64,000 bases of DNA, taken from assembly GCA_016432245.1 (NCBI GenBank), contig CP066680.1, forward strand, positions 36,110 through 100,109, read 5' to 3'. Source of the stretch: Deltaproteobacteria bacterium (GTDB lineage Bacteria; Myxococcota; UBA727; JABDBI01). Positions 39,886 to 50,220 of this stretch are shown piece after piece; the first letter of the stretch is position 1; each line of letters opens with the position of its first letter. A program made the position numbers and the translations under genes. The notes under the pieces are model-generated. The model saw only the letters and a list, made by a program, of their open reading frames with translations, had not been told where the DNA came from and did no database searches.

Positions 39886-42402
39886 CTATGAAATAATATT
39901 TATAATTTTGTTTGGAATTACAATTATCTTTTTAGGAGATGTTTTTTTTTGATAATTTAATAAGAAATGTGCTATTTTTTTTTTAATGATATTGGGTTGG
40001 AGATCTTGATTTACATCTATATCGACAATTTTTTTTCCATTTAAATGAAGAGAGAGGCATGCATGATTTTTTATATTTTTATACTTTTTGAAAGAAGGCC
40101 AAGGAGTTTTTGAGATAAATTTTTTTTGACCAAGTATTTCCCATATTTCTTCACAAATATGAGGTGCATATGGGGCAAGCATTTGTAAAAATCCTAAAAA
40201 TATTTTTTTAGGGATCGGGAATTTATGTTTTAATAGTGTATTTAGAAATATCATCATTTTTGATATAGCAACATTAAATTTTAGATCCAATGAAAGATTT
40301 AATACGAGATTAAGAATTTGATAATATTCATTCCATAATGGAATGTCATAAGGATTATCTTTTTTGTTATTTGAAAGGGTTTGCCTAGATAAAAACCAAA
40401 CTTTAGTTAAAAAGCGAAACATTCCTTCTATGCCGTTTGTTTGCCATATTTTTACTTGATCTAAAGGACCCATAAATAATTCATATAATCGTAAGGAGTC
40501 TGCTCCATATTGAGCAATGAGTTCATCAGGGTTAATTACATTTAAACGAGATTTTGACATTTTTTCAATTTGCGAGACAACCACTTCATTGTTCGATTTT
40601 TTTATAAATAAATCTTTTTTTTGATATACTTCAGACACAAATAAATATTTTCCAAAGGTATCCTGAAAGCTTCTTGATAAAATCATTCCTTGGTTAAAAA
40701 GTTTTAAGAAAGGTTCTTTTGTATTAACAATTCCGATATCAAATAGTACTTTATGCCAAAATCTTGCATATAACAGATGTAAGACTGCATGCTCGATACC
40801 TCCGACATATAAATCAACCGGCAACCAATAATTTGATAATTTTTTATCACAAAGTTCATTATCGTTATTAGGATCAATAAATCGTAAATAATACCAGCAA
40901 GAACCGGCCCACTGAGGCATGGTATTTATTTCACGGGTTGCTATTTTTCCATTTGGCAATGGATAAAAGCGCCAAGAGGGACTTGCTTTTTCTAGGGGAG
41001 CAATAGTATTTGGAGAAGGGAGATAAGAAGCAATAAAGGGGAGCTTTACTGGTAAATCTTTTTCAGGCACTAATTCAGGTGTTTTTTCATTATTGTAGAT
41101 TATAGGAAAGGGTTCACCCCAATATCGCTGGCGTGAAAAAAGCCAATCTTTTAATTTGAACAGTATTTGATGAGAAGTAATTTGTTTTTTTAATAAAATT
41201 TTGATTAAGGACTTACTCAATTCAAGAGGATTTTTTCCATTGTATTTTCCTGAATTGATTAAAAAGCCATTTGAAATATCCTTAAAAGAAAGATGTAATA
41301 AAGACATATTTAGCCTTAATTCATTATCAAATATTGGAATAAAACTATGTTTTAAAGGTATTTTGTATTTTTTTGCAAATTGAAAATCAAGATCTTTATG
41401 GGATGAGCATCTCAAAATTCCAGTTCCATAGGAGAATGGGTTTAAATTAGATATCCAAATTGGGAGATTAGAATTAGAGAAAGGATCTTCGATATAGTAA
41501 TTAGAAAAGACGCCAACGATTTCATCTGTTTGAATAGAGTGGCAAAAAGATAAAATATTGTTTTTGTTTGGATCGTCTTTTAGCAATAATGGAATTATTG
41601 GATGATCATAAGCAATTGAAATAAATGAATCATTATAAATGGTATGAATAGAATCAGAGAAAATTTCAAGATGTAGATTGGAGGATTTAACTTTGCATTT
41701 AAAAGAAATAATATTGGTTTTTCCAATCCAATTTCGTTGCATATCTTTGATGTTTTCAGGCCAATCAAGATAATCTAAATCATTAAGTAAGCGTTCTGCA
41801 TAATTTGTAATTTTGAGCATCCATTGGGTCATTTTTTTTTGGACTACAATGTCACCAGTTTCGATATATTTATTATTTGAGACTTCCTCATTTGCCAATA
41901 CTGTACCTAATGCAGGGCACCAATTAACGGTAGTATTAGCTAAGTATGCTAATCCTCTTTGATACAATTTGGAAAAAATCCATTGAGTCCATCGATAATA
42001 TTTTTCGTTAGATGTATTTATTTCACGGGACCAATCATAACTATATCCTAATTTTTCGATTTGATTTTTAAAATTAATAATGTTTCTTGTCGAAATAGTT
42101 TCAGGATGTGTATTCTCGCGAGCAGCTGCGCGTTCAGTGGGCAGTCCAAACGCATCCCACCCCATAGGATGTAATACATTAAAACCTAAAACTCTCTTTA
42201 AACGAGCAATTACATCTGTAGCAGTATATCCAGCAAGGTGGCCTACATGTAACCCTGCCCCAGAAGGGTATGGAAACATATCAAGAATATAGTATTTTTT
42301 TTTAGACTTATTTATATTAGGATGTACATAGAAGGCATTTGAATCTTTCCATCTCTTTTGCCATTTTTCTTCTATGTTATGAGGTGAATACTTAAAGTTC
42401 AT
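39886..42402 (-). CDS. leuS: leucyl-tRNA synthetase
   Basis: MFPYPSGAGLHVGHLAGY (HIGH motif), KMSKSRLN (KMSKS motif) and GGIEHAVLHLLYARFW. Confidence 0.96.
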   Translation of the reverse strand: MNFKYSPHNIEEKWQKRWKDSNAFYVHPNINKSKKKYYILDMFPYPSGAGLHVGHLAGYTATDVIARLKRVLGFNVLHPMGWDAFGLPTERAAARENTHPETISTRNIINFKNQIEKLGYSYDWSREINTSNEKYYRWTQWIFSKLYQRGLAYLANTTVNWCPALGTVLANEEVSNNKYIETGDIVVQKKMTQWMLKITNYAERLLNDLDYLDWPENIKDMQRNWIGKTNIISFKCKVKSSNLHLEIFSDSIHTIYNDSFISIAYDHPIIPLLLKDDPNKNNILSFCHSIQTDEIVGVFSNYYIEDPFSNSNLPIWISNLNPFSYGTGILRCSSHKDLDFQFAKKYKIPLKHSFIPIFDNELRLNMSLLHLSFKDISNGFLINSGKYNGKNPLELSKSLIKILLKKQITSHQILFKLKDWLFSRQRYWGEPFPIIYNNEKTPELVPEKDLPVKLPFIASYLPSPNTIAPLEKASPSWRFYPLPNGKIATREINTMPQWAGSCWYYLRFIDPNNDNELCDKKLSNYWLPVDLYVGGIEHAVLHLLYARFWHKVLFDIGIVNTKEPFLKLFNQGMILSRSFQDTFGKYLFVSEVYQKKDLFIKKSNNEVVVSQIEKMSKSRLNVINPDELIAQYGADSLRLYELFMGPLDQVKIWQTNGIEGMFRFLTKVWFLSRQTLSNNKKDNPYDIPLWNEYYQILNLVLNLSLDLKFNVAISKMMIFLNTLLKHKFPIPKKIFLGFLQMLAPYAPHICEEIWEILGQKKFISKTPWPSFKKYKNIKNHACLSLHLNGKKIVDIDVNQDLQPNIIKKKIAHFLLNYQKKTSPKKIIVIPNKIINIIS

Positions 42403-42412
42403 GATTTTAATG

Positions 42413-42486
42413 TGGCGAAAGAAGGACTTGAACCTTCGACCTATGGATTATGAGACCATCGCTCTAACCACCTGAGCTATTTCGCC
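42413..42486 (-). tRNA. tRNA with anticodon CAU (elongator Met, or Ile2 read via lysidine; not initiator-like)
   Basis: Minus strand: ggcgaaa ta gctc aggtggtta gagc g atggt ctCATaa tccat aggtc gaagg ttcaagt ccttc tttcgcc a. It lacks the three G-C pairs of an initiator anticodon stem. tilS is present in the window. Confidence 0.85.
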
Positions 42487-42490
42487 CAAT

Positions 42491-42841
42491 TTAGACTAGT
42501 TCGATAATGCAGATAGGAGCAGCATCTCCTTTTCTTACACCTTTGTGAATGATTCTAGTAACGCCACCAGTGTTCGACAAGTATGAAGGAGCTATCTCAT
42601 TAAATATTTTTTTTAAAATAGTCTTATTTCTAATAGTTTTGTTAGCTAACCGCCTAGAGTGTACTGTATTAGATTTTCCAAGTGAAATTATTTTATCAGC
42701 GATAGATCGTAACTCTTTTGCCTTTGGAAGAGTAGTACATATATGTCCGTATGAAAACAGTGAAGTTACTAGATTGGAAAACAAAGACATTCGGTGCGCG
42801 GAGGTTCTGTTTAATTTTCGATATTTATTTAGATGTCTCAT
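42491..42841 (-). CDS. rplQ: 50S ribosomal protein L17
   Basis: MRHLNKYRKLNRTSAHRMSLFSNL and operon position after rpoA. Confidence 0.92.
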   Translation of the reverse strand: MRHLNKYRKLNRTSAHRMSLFSNLVTSLFSYGHICTTLPKAKELRSIADKIISLGKSNTVHSRRLANKTIRNKTILKKIFNEIAPSYLSNTGGVTRIIHKGVRKGDAAPICIIELV

Positions 42842-42881
42842 ATTTATATAGCTATTATTAAATTTTTAGGGTTAAATTACT

Positions 42882-43919
42882 TTATTCATCATGTGAATTT
42901 AAATCAAAAGGCCAATTTGCAATGCTCATGCCAAGAGAAAGACCCATTTCGCTTAGGATTTCTTTAATCTCCTTTAAGCTTTTTCGACCAAAATTTTTTG
43001 TTTTTAACATTTCGCTTTCTGTTTTTTGAACTAAATCGCCAATAAGCCTAATGTTTGCATTAGCTAAGCAATTAGACGATCTGACAGAAAGTTCTAATTC
43101 ATTAACAGATCTGCATAAATTTTCATCTAAACGATTGTCTTGATCATTGTTTTCAATTATAGGAGAGACTTCGTCTTGCTCTTCTTCTTCTTCCTCTTCT
43201 TCTTGAAAATTAATTAACAGTTGAAGGTGTTCTTTTAGAATCTTAGCTGAGAGACTTAAAGCATCGGCTGGCTCAATAGATTCATCTGTCCATATCTCAA
43301 GTGTTAATCTGTCATAATCGATTTGTTGCCCTAATTTTGTGTTGTTAATGGTGTAATTTACTTTTAAAATTGGATTAAACAAAGCATCGATAGGCAAAAT
43401 TCCAATAGGACTTGAAGGATCGTAATTCCTTATAGCAGGAACATAACCTCTTCCATGTCGAATAATCATTTCTGCTTCAAAAATACCTTTCTTGTTTATT
43501 GTACAAATATAATGGTTTGGATTTAAGATTTTAACAGAGGGATCAATTTGAATATCTTGAGCAGATACAATAGAAGGACCTTGTTTTTTTATAATACCAA
43601 TTTTTTGTATTCTATCTGACAGCTTTATTCTAACTTCTTTTAGGTTTAGAATTACCTCAGAAGTGTCTTCCTTAACATAAGGAATTATAGAAAATTCATG
43701 AGATACACCCTTGATTTTAAGATTTGTAATGGCAGCTCCGTAAAGCGACGAAAGCAGAATTCGACGAAGGGCATTTCCAATGGTTACGCCGTATCCCTTT
43801 TCTAGTGGCTCTAAGATAAATCGACCATAAGACGTAGTTGAGCATGATTTATCTTCGCATATATTTCGAGGCTTAACTAAAGACCTCCAGTTGTAATTGC
43901 AATTTTCAGAAGTTAACAT
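42882..43919 (-). CDS. rpoA: DNA-directed RNA polymerase alpha subunit
   Basis: [27 protein letters not shown] in the N-terminal domain. C-terminal domain [23 protein letters not shown]...[13 protein letters not shown]. The linker is acidic. Confidence 0.96.
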   Translation of the reverse strand: MLTSENCNYNWRSLVKPRNICEDKSCSTTSYGRFILEPLEKGYGVTIGNALRRILLSSLYGAAITNLKIKGVSHEFSIIPYVKEDTSEVILNLKEVRIKLSDRIQKIGIIKKQGPSIVSAQDIQIDPSVKILNPNHYICTINKKGIFEAEMIIRHGRGYVPAIRNYDPSSPIGILPIDALFNPILKVNYTINNTKLGQQIDYDRLTLEIWTDESIEPADALSLSAKILKEHLQLLINFQEEEEEEEEQDEVSPIIENNDQDNRLDENLCRSVNELELSVRSSNCLANANIRLIGDLVQKTESEMLKTKNFGRKSLKEIKEILSEMGLSLGMSIANWPFDLNSHDE

Positions 43920-43930
43920 ATAAGCTTAAA

Positions 43931-44305
43931 TTATAGTCGTTTTTTTTTTCGTGGACGACAACCATTATGGGGAAGTGGGGTTATATCTTGGATTGAAGAG
44001 ATTCGAATTCCACTACTTGCGATAGCTCGCAAAGCAGCTTCTCTTCCAGCGCCAGGACCTTGAATTTTTATTTCAATATTTCTCATACCGCATTCTTTTA
44101 CTTTTTTGCATACTTCTTCTGTAGCAACCTGTGCAGCAAAGGGGCTTCCTTTTTTGGAGCCTTTAAAGCCACGGCTTCCACCGCTTGCCCAACATAAAAT
44201 GTTGCCTTCAACATCAGAAATGGAGATAATTGATGTGTTAAATGTTACGCAGATATGAGCGATACCGTTTGGAATATATTTTTTTGTTTTTTTTATGTTA
44301 TTCAT
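43931..44305 (-). CDS. rpsK: 30S ribosomal protein S11
   Basis: GIAHICVTFNTSIISISD..GN...WASGG..GFKGSKK.SPFAAQ. Confidence 0.96.
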   Translation of the reverse strand: MNNIKKTKKYIPNGIAHICVTFNTSIISISDVEGNILCWASGGSRGFKGSKKGSPFAAQVATEEVCKKVKECGMRNIEIKIQGPGAGREAALRAIASSGIRISSIQDITPLPHNGCRPRKKKRL

Positions 44306-44329
44306 AAATCTTTTCCTTACTTAGATTGA

Positions 44330-44689
44330 TTATCGTAAAAGTATTTTGCGTTTTTTTCGTCTTGTTTGAGCGTTTGAATGAGTTCTCTGACCATGTACAG
44401 GAAGAGATTTGCGATGACGAATCCCTTTGTAGCAACCTAAGTCCATTAATCTTTTTATGTTTAAAAAATGTACTTGACGCAAATCTCCTTCAACTTTGTG
44501 ATTAGAATCAATAATGTCTCGAATTTTAGCGACTTCATCTTCTGTTAATAAATTACTTTGTTTATTTTCATCTATCTGAGCTTTTGATAAAATGTCTTTT
44601 GATAAAAATGGACCAATTCCATAAATATATGTTAAAGAAACCCATATTTTTTTATTATTTGGTATATCTACACCAGCTATTCGAACCAT
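44330..44689 (-). CDS. rpsM: 30S ribosomal protein S13
   Basis: [26 protein letters not shown] and [13 protein letters not shown]-type tail. Confidence 0.96.
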   Translation of the reverse strand: MVRIAGVDIPNNKKIWVSLTYIYGIGPFLSKDILSKAQIDENKQSNLLTEDEVAKIRDIIDSNHKVEGDLRQVHFLNIKRLMDLGCYKGIRHRKSLPVHGQRTHSNAQTRRKKRKILLR

Positions 44690-44692
44690 ATA

Positions 44693-44806
44693 TTATCCTT
44701 GTTTTTGTTTGTGTCTAATCGTTTTACAAATGACATGAATTATACCGTTGCGTTTTACAATTTTACAATCATTGCAGATTTTTTTTGTTGATGCTTTTAC
44801 TCTCAT
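44693..44806 (-). CDS. rpmJ: 50S ribosomal protein L36 (below the ORF-track size cutoff)
   Basis: Hand translation of the minus strand gives [37 protein letters not shown] plus a stop. This has the L36 zinc-ribbon pattern and lies directly upstream of rpsM. AGGAGA precedes the ATG. Confidence 0.9.
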   Translation of the reverse strand: MRVKASTKKICNDCKIVKRNGIIHVICKTIRHKQKQG

Positions 44807-44906
44807 GATAAGAATCTCCTTTCCTATTTTTTTCTTATCATACACAAAAATTTAGACATGTAAATATTTTGAAAATTAATTTGTCAAATATTTTTATATT
44901 TTTTTT

Positions 44907-46019
44907 ATGTTAAAATTAGAGAACCTCTTGTCTATTTATAATAAATTAATTTATACAAATACAATGATTACAGAATCATATACTGAATCAAGAAAAAAAA
45001 GCGTATCTTTATTTAGAAAGATACAAGAGAATCCAGGTAAATATATTTCAATTTCAGGGGATCGACCTACAGGCGCATTGCATCTTGGTCATTTTTTTGG
45101 AGTGCTACAAAATCGACTTATTTTGCAAAGTGTTGGAGTAAAGTCGTTTATATTGATAGCTGACTATCAGTTTTATACAGATAGAAAATGTACTAATCCT
45201 CAAGAGATAGAACAAAATATACAAGATATTTTGTTGGATTATTTAGCAGTTGGTATAGAGCCAGGTAAAAATATGATTATATTTAACCATAGCAATATTC
45301 CCGAATTAAATCAGCTTATGCTTCCATTTTTGTCATTAGTGACGGTCTCTGATTTAAATCGCAATCCAACAGTAAAGGAAGAAATTAAATTTTTAAAAGA
45401 CGTTACAGGGGCAATGCTTACATATCCTGTACATCAAGCAGCAGATATTTTATTTTGTAAAGCAAATGTTGTTCCAATAGGTAAGGATCAATTATCTCAT
45501 TTAGAATTAGCCAGAAAGATATCTCGAAAGTTTAATAATTATTACGGAAAGACTTTTCCATTGCCATGCGGTTTGCTTAGTGAATCTCCAATTATTTTGG
45601 GAGTTGACGGAAAAAAGAAAATGAGTAAGAGTCAAAAGAATGCAATTTATATAAAATCTACAGAGGAAGAGACTGCAAGCCTTATCATGTCTGCAAGAAC
45701 AGATAGTTTCCCATATGTTTCATATAATCCTGAAGAAAGACCGGAGATTTCCAATTTGTTATTGCTCTACTGTTTATGTACTAATTTAGATCCAAAGGTG
45801 GTTGCAGACAGTATAGGGGAAAAAGGGGCTTATTATTTAAAACGAATGCTTGTAGATGCTTTGAATGATTTTTTTTTACCGATCAGAAGAAAGCGTATGC
45901 AATTGAAAAAAGATTTAGGATATGTTTTAGAGGTTATTCAAAATGGAAACAAAATGGCACGAGAAGAAGCGATAAATACATTGGAGGAAGTTAATATTAA
46001 AATGGGGCTTGTAATATGA
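44907..46019 (+). CDS. trpS: tryptophanyl-tRNA synthetase
   Basis: SGDRPTGALHLGHFFG (HIGH-type motif) and KKMSKSQKN (KMSKS motif). The N-terminal start is uncertain; Met20 at 44964 is possible. Confidence 0.9.
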   Translation: MLKLENLLSIYNKLIYTNTMITESYTESRKKSVSLFRKIQENPGKYISISGDRPTGALHLGHFFGVLQNRLILQSVGVKSFILIADYQFYTDRKCTNPQEIEQNIQDILLDYLAVGIEPGKNMIIFNHSNIPELNQLMLPFLSLVTVSDLNRNPTVKEEIKFLKDVTGAMLTYPVHQAADILFCKANVVPIGKDQLSHLELARKISRKFNNYYGKTFPLPCGLLSESPIILGVDGKKKMSKSQKNAIYIKSTEEETASLIMSARTDSFPYVSYNPEERPEISNLLLLYCLCTNLDPKVVADSIGEKGAYYLKRMLVDALNDFFLPIRRKRMQLKKDLGYVLEVIQNGNKMAREEAINTLEEVNIKMGLVI

Positions 46020-46309
46020 TAGACATAAGTGAAATAGAAAAGCTATTTTTACTTTCAAAGATAAGTATAGGACGAGATGAGCTAGTTTCCTATAGTGCAA
46101 CGTTGGATGATATGTTAGAATATATGGAAAATTTAAAACGGATAAAGGCTGACAATGAAGAGATGGTTTCTGTTTTATCTTTAAATGAATTTTGCTTAAA
46201 CAGCAGGAATGAATATGATCATTTAGGTGATTTTGGATTGAAGTGTTCGAAGCAGTATTTGGATGGCTTTATTAGAGCAGATAAAGTTTTTGACCATGAT
46301 GAACGATAA
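46016..46309 (+). CDS. gatC: Asp/Glu-tRNA amidotransferase subunit C
   Basis: 97 aa, with LSKISIGRDELVSYSATLDDMLEYMENL typical of GatC. Lies immediately upstream of gatA. ATGA overlap with trpS. Confidence 0.75.
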   Translation: MIDISEIEKLFLLSKISIGRDELVSYSATLDDMLEYMENLKRIKADNEEMVSVLSLNEFCLNSRNEYDHLGDFGLKCSKQYLDGFIRADKVFDHDER

Positions 46310-46321
46310 GGAGCTTTGCAT

Positions 46322-47692
46322 ATGAAAAATTTGTTTAGAGAGTACAAGGAGGGAATGCTTAGGATGGAGAGAGAGCTTGGTTGTTTCTTTTCCGTTGATG
46401 AATTAGGAGCAGAAAATGCTTTTTATCAGTCAGAATTCAGACGATGTAATCAACAAGTTAGAAGCAGTGTAGATGGAATGGTTATAGCATTAAAAGATAT
46501 GATCTTATGTAAAGGATTACCTGTTTGTGCGGGAAGTAGGATTTTAGAAGGATATATTGCACCTTATGATGCGACTGTAGTGTCTAGGTTAAAATCATCA
46601 GGAGCAATTATTATGGGTAAATTAAATCAAGATGAATTCGCGATGGGTTCTTCTGGTGAAAATAACCCATATAAAGTAAGTCGAAATCCATGGGGTTTAG
46701 AGAGGGTTGCAGGAGGTTCTTCAAGCGGTTCTGCTGCTGCAGTAGCAGCCGATATCATAAAAGGATCATTAGGAACAGACACAGGAGGATCAGTAAGGCA
46801 ACCAGCATCTTTTTGTGGAATTGTGGGATTTAAGCCTTCATATGGTAGAGTGTCTCGATATGGAATTATTTCCTATGCTAGTTCATTGGATCAAATAGGT
46901 GTTTTTAGTTCTAATGTGAAAGATGTTGCAAGAATTTTAGAAAATATAGCAGGGTACGACGAAAAGGATTTAACAAGTATAAATATTGAGGTGCCTAGGT
47001 ACAGCAGTATGCTTGGAAGAGAGGTAAAAGGTATTAAAGTTGGTATTTTACTGAATTTTTTACCAGATGAATTAGACGAGGAAACAAAGAGATTTTTTGA
47101 CATAGTCGTTTTGAAGTTAAAGCAAAATCATGTTGAATTGGTCAGTATCACAATACCATATATAGAGTCTTCAATATCGGTGTATTATATTCTAGCAACA
47201 GCAGAAGCTTCATCCAATTTAGCTCGCTATGATGGATTAAGATATGGGCAAATATATAAAACAGACTTTAATTTGGAGCAGGTTTACAAGAAAACGAGAA
47301 GTGCTTTTTTAGGAGAAGAGGTTAAAAGAAGGATATTGTTAGGAAATTATGTGTTAAGCTCCAAGCATTATGATAATTATTACTTAAAGGCGCAATCTAT
47401 AAGAAGGAAAATTCGAGATGAATTTGAAAAAGCATTTGAAAAAGTTGATGTAATTATATGCCCTACAACTCCAACAAAAGCATATAAAATTGGAGACAAG
47501 CTACATAGGCCATTAGAAATGTATTTAGGGGATATTTTTACGGTTCCTGTTAATTTAATTGGATTGCCAGGAATTTCTGTTCCTATTGGGTGTAAGGACT
47601 TCCCAATTGGTCTTCAAATTATTGGTAAGTATTTTGATGAGGCTATGGTTTTAAATTTAGCACATTGGGTGCAAGAAGTGAGGAAAGAGTAA
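46322..47692 (+). CDS. gatA: Asp/Glu-tRNA amidotransferase subunit A
   Basis: Amidase signature GGSSSGSAAAVAADIIKGSLGTDTGGSVRQPASFCG. AAGGAG lies 8 nt upstream of ATG 46322. Confidence 0.93.
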   Translation: MKNLFREYKEGMLRMERELGCFFSVDELGAENAFYQSEFRRCNQQVRSSVDGMVIALKDMILCKGLPVCAGSRILEGYIAPYDATVVSRLKSSGAIIMGKLNQDEFAMGSSGENNPYKVSRNPWGLERVAGGSSSGSAAAVAADIIKGSLGTDTGGSVRQPASFCGIVGFKPSYGRVSRYGIISYASSLDQIGVFSSNVKDVARILENIAGYDEKDLTSINIEVPRYSSMLGREVKGIKVGILLNFLPDELDEETKRFFDIVVLKLKQNHVELVSITIPYIESSISVYYILATAEASSNLARYDGLRYGQIYKTDFNLEQVYKKTRSAFLGEEVKRRILLGNYVLSSKHYDNYYLKAQSIRRKIRDEFEKAFEKVDVIICPTTPTKAYKIGDKLHRPLEMYLGDIFTVPVNLIGLPGISVPIGCKDFPIGLQIIGKYFDEAMVLNLAHWVQEVRKE

Positions 47693-47746
47693 AGTTTTTC
47701 TTTACAAAAAAGAGGGAGTATTTTATAAGAAGAGAAGGAGGTAAAA

Positions 47747-47965
47747 ATGGCAATTTGTTTTATAAGTAAAAAATTATGGTTAAATGGAAATAATGTATCG
47801 CATTCTAACATTAAAACGAAAAGACATATTAGATCAAATATACAGAAGAGGCGCATCTTTGATTCGCAATCTGGGTGTTTTTTTAAAATTAAATTATCAA
47901 ATAAAGGCTTGAAAATTCTTGAACGAATGAATTTTAGCAAATGTCTTAAAAGGATTCAAGATTAG
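47747..47965 (+). CDS. rpmB: 50S ribosomal protein L28
   Basis: MAICFISKKLWLNGNNVSHSNIKTKRHIRSNIQ fits the L28 consensus (C..GK....GN.VSHSN.KTKR). GAAGGAGG lies upstream. Confidence 0.87.
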   Translation: MAICFISKKLWLNGNNVSHSNIKTKRHIRSNIQKRRIFDSQSGCFFKIKLSNKGLKILERMNFSKCLKRIQD

Positions 47966-48641
47966 AAAAGAATAAAGATTGCAATATTGAAAAGATATTA
48001 ATTTTTGATTGGCATTCTTGGCTGGCGATAGCGAGTTTTGATTTAAAGGTAAGTGATTCGTTTTTTTTCCACAAATTAAGATGATCTGATAAAGGCAAAT
48101 CGTTTTGAATTAAATAATCAATAAATTGTATTTTTAGCCTATTAGATTTAGGAATAGAGAAAGATTTTTTGGCAAATACGTCTTTTTGTCGAACATAAAT
48201 GCAAAAACATCTGGAGACGATAGTTGGACTTAGTAAATCATAGTGTGGTGCTGATAGAATAAACAATTGTTTTCGATTTGGTTCTTCTAATCGCTTTAGA
48301 AGTGCGTTTTCTGCCTGTTTATTTAATAAATGGGCTTTTGGGATAACCCAAGAAGGGTGTCCTGGAGTATTGAGTAATTCTCGTATTTGCTCAATTACTA
48401 TTTCATTAGAAGAGTTAGGTTTTAGATATTGTACTTTTAAAGATGTTTTTCTTTTAATTGTATCGCAATCATAACATGAGAGACAACTAGATGATGTTGT
48501 GTTTTCTTTGCAATAAAAGTGACAACATAATTGAAGAGCAATTTGATCTTGTATTACAGGACAATTGCCTAATAAAAGAAAAGAATTGCTAGGAAATCCT
48601 TTAGAGGAGATACGTTGAATGCATTCTTTAAAATTGAGCAT
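47946..48641 (-). CDS. holB: DNA polymerase III delta' subunit (short form)
   Basis: LLLGN..., a Cys cluster CLSCYDCD, and QAENALLKRLEEP (clamp-loader sensor motif). At 231 aa the C-terminal domain is reduced. The 3' end overlaps the rpmB end by 20 nt. Confidence 0.7.
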   Translation of the reverse strand: MLNFKECIQRISSKGFPSNSFLLLGNCPVIQDQIALQLCCHFYCKENTTSSSCLSCYDCDTIKRKTSLKVQYLKPNSSNEIVIEQIRELLNTPGHPSWVIPKAHLLNKQAENALLKRLEEPNRKQLFILSAPHYDLLSPTIVSRCFCIYVRQKDVFAKKSFSIPKSNRLKIQFIDYLIQNDLPLSDHLNLWKKNESLTFKSKLAIASQECQSKINIFSILQSLFFSNLESF

Positions 48642-48719
48642 ATGTGTAAATATTACTTTTAGGTGTAAATGTAAATAAAAATAGGTTTTATATTGAAAAA
48701 AATATAAAATAGAAATAAG

Positions 48720-49286
48720 ATGAAGTATATGTATACTACTTCAGATTTTAGAAAAGGGCTTCGTATTTTATTTCAGGAAACCCCATATGAGATTATTGAT
48801 TTTGAGCACCATAAGCCAGGAAAAGGAGCTTCAATTGTACGGACTCGATTAAAAAATTTAATAACAGGAACATTGATTGATCAAACTTTTAGGTCTGGAG
48901 ATAAAGTAGACAGAGCTGACATAGAAGAAATAGATGTTCAGTACTTATATCAAGATCAAAAACTTTATTTTTTTATAAATACTTTAACTTGTGAACAGTA
49001 TGAAGTGCCGGAGAAACTAATACAACAAGAGGCTTTGTTTTTAATTGATGGTCTTGAATGTATATTGTTTCTTTATAAAGGGATTCCTATATATTTGGTG
49101 CTTCCGAAGAATGTAGTTTTAGAAGTTCAACAATGTGATCCTGCCGTTAGAGGAGATACAGTTGGAAATGTAATGAAAAATGCAGTCATGAATACGGGGC
49201 TTAAATGTCAAATTCCTTTGTTCATAAATCAAGGTGACAAAGTAAAAATTGATACAAAGACAATAGAGTATCTTGGAAGAGGATGA
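48720..49286 (+). CDS. efp: elongation factor P
   Basis: TSDFRKGLRILFQETPYEIIDFEHHKPGKGASIVRTRLKNL contains the KPGKG loop, whose Lys is the EpmA target position. Confidence 0.94.
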   Translation: MKYMYTTSDFRKGLRILFQETPYEIIDFEHHKPGKGASIVRTRLKNLITGTLIDQTFRSGDKVDRADIEEIDVQYLYQDQKLYFFINTLTCEQYEVPEKLIQQEALFLIDGLECILFLYKGIPIYLVLPKNVVLEVQQCDPAVRGDTVGNVMKNAVMNTGLKCQIPLFINQGDKVKIDTKTIEYLGRG

Positions 49287-50206
49287 GGGAAGTGAAAGAT
49301 TTAAAAGCGCAAGATTTAAATCGTTTGTGGAACATATTTGTAGGAATTCGGAAGGAAATACCTTATAATAGTGACCTAGAAAAAGCTTATTTTAAATATT
49401 ATATGCCATTGAATGCTTTTAGGATTTGGAAAATATTAAAAAAAGTAAATTTTTTTAAAAAAGAGTTAAGAGTGCTAGATTTAGGCACAGGATCTTTATC
49501 GGCGATTTTAGGAATATATTTATCAAATGGTTGGATAAAAGAAATACATGCAGTAGATAAAGGCAATTATGGAAAAATTGGAAGGAAATATATTCAAAAA
49601 CTATTAGGAAAAGAGATACCTATTACTTTTTTTTTTAGCGGCATAGAAGAGTATTTATTAATTGAAAAAAACAAATTTAAACCTAATTTAGTAGTTTTAA
49701 GTTATGTTTTAAATGAAATTAATATGTCAGACTTTAATTTGCTAAAAGTAACGTTACAATTAATAGAATTATTGACTAGAGATGGTCTTCTTATTATAGT
49801 TGAACCAGCGATGCAAGAGGCAAGCAGTAGAGTTCAAAAAATTAAAACATGGCTGAATATGTATTCTAATAATCTATTAAATATTGACATGAAAAAACGA
49901 TCAGTTGTTACATTGGGAAAATCTTGGTATTATTGGGAAGTTAATTATAAACGATCACGAAATATAAAAATTATTGATAAAAATTTAGATATAAAACGCA
50001 ACATCTTGAGGTTTAGTTTATTATGTGTAGAGAAAGAAGAAAATATTTCGAGGCGCCAAACGAGTGTTTTAAGTGGACTTATGTATAGTGATGGAGTTTT
50101 TCGAAAGTATTTATCTACGAAATTTGGAAAGATAAGTATTTCTCAAGATGAATCTTCTTTTATTTCGAATTTTGTCGATACATATAGGGGAGATTATTTA
50201 TTTTAG
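49283..50206 (+). CDS. class I SAM-dependent methyltransferase, possibly Rsm22-like
   Basis: Motif I VLDLGTGSLSA, LVVLSYVLNEI and GLLIIVEP. The overall layout resembles the Rsm22/COG5459 family, but that assignment is from memory only. ATGA overlap with efp. Confidence 0.5.
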   Translation: MREVKDLKAQDLNRLWNIFVGIRKEIPYNSDLEKAYFKYYMPLNAFRIWKILKKVNFFKKELRVLDLGTGSLSAILGIYLSNGWIKEIHAVDKGNYGKIGRKYIQKLLGKEIPITFFFSGIEEYLLIEKNKFKPNLVVLSYVLNEINMSDFNLLKVTLQLIELLTRDGLLIIVEPAMQEASSRVQKIKTWLNMYSNNLLNIDMKKRSVVTLGKSWYYWEVNYKRSRNIKIIDKNLDIKRNILRFSLLCVEKEENISRRQTSVLSGLMYSDGVFRKYLSTKFGKISISQDESSFISNFVDTYRGDYLF

Positions 50207-50220
50207 ATGTAGGTTAAAAT

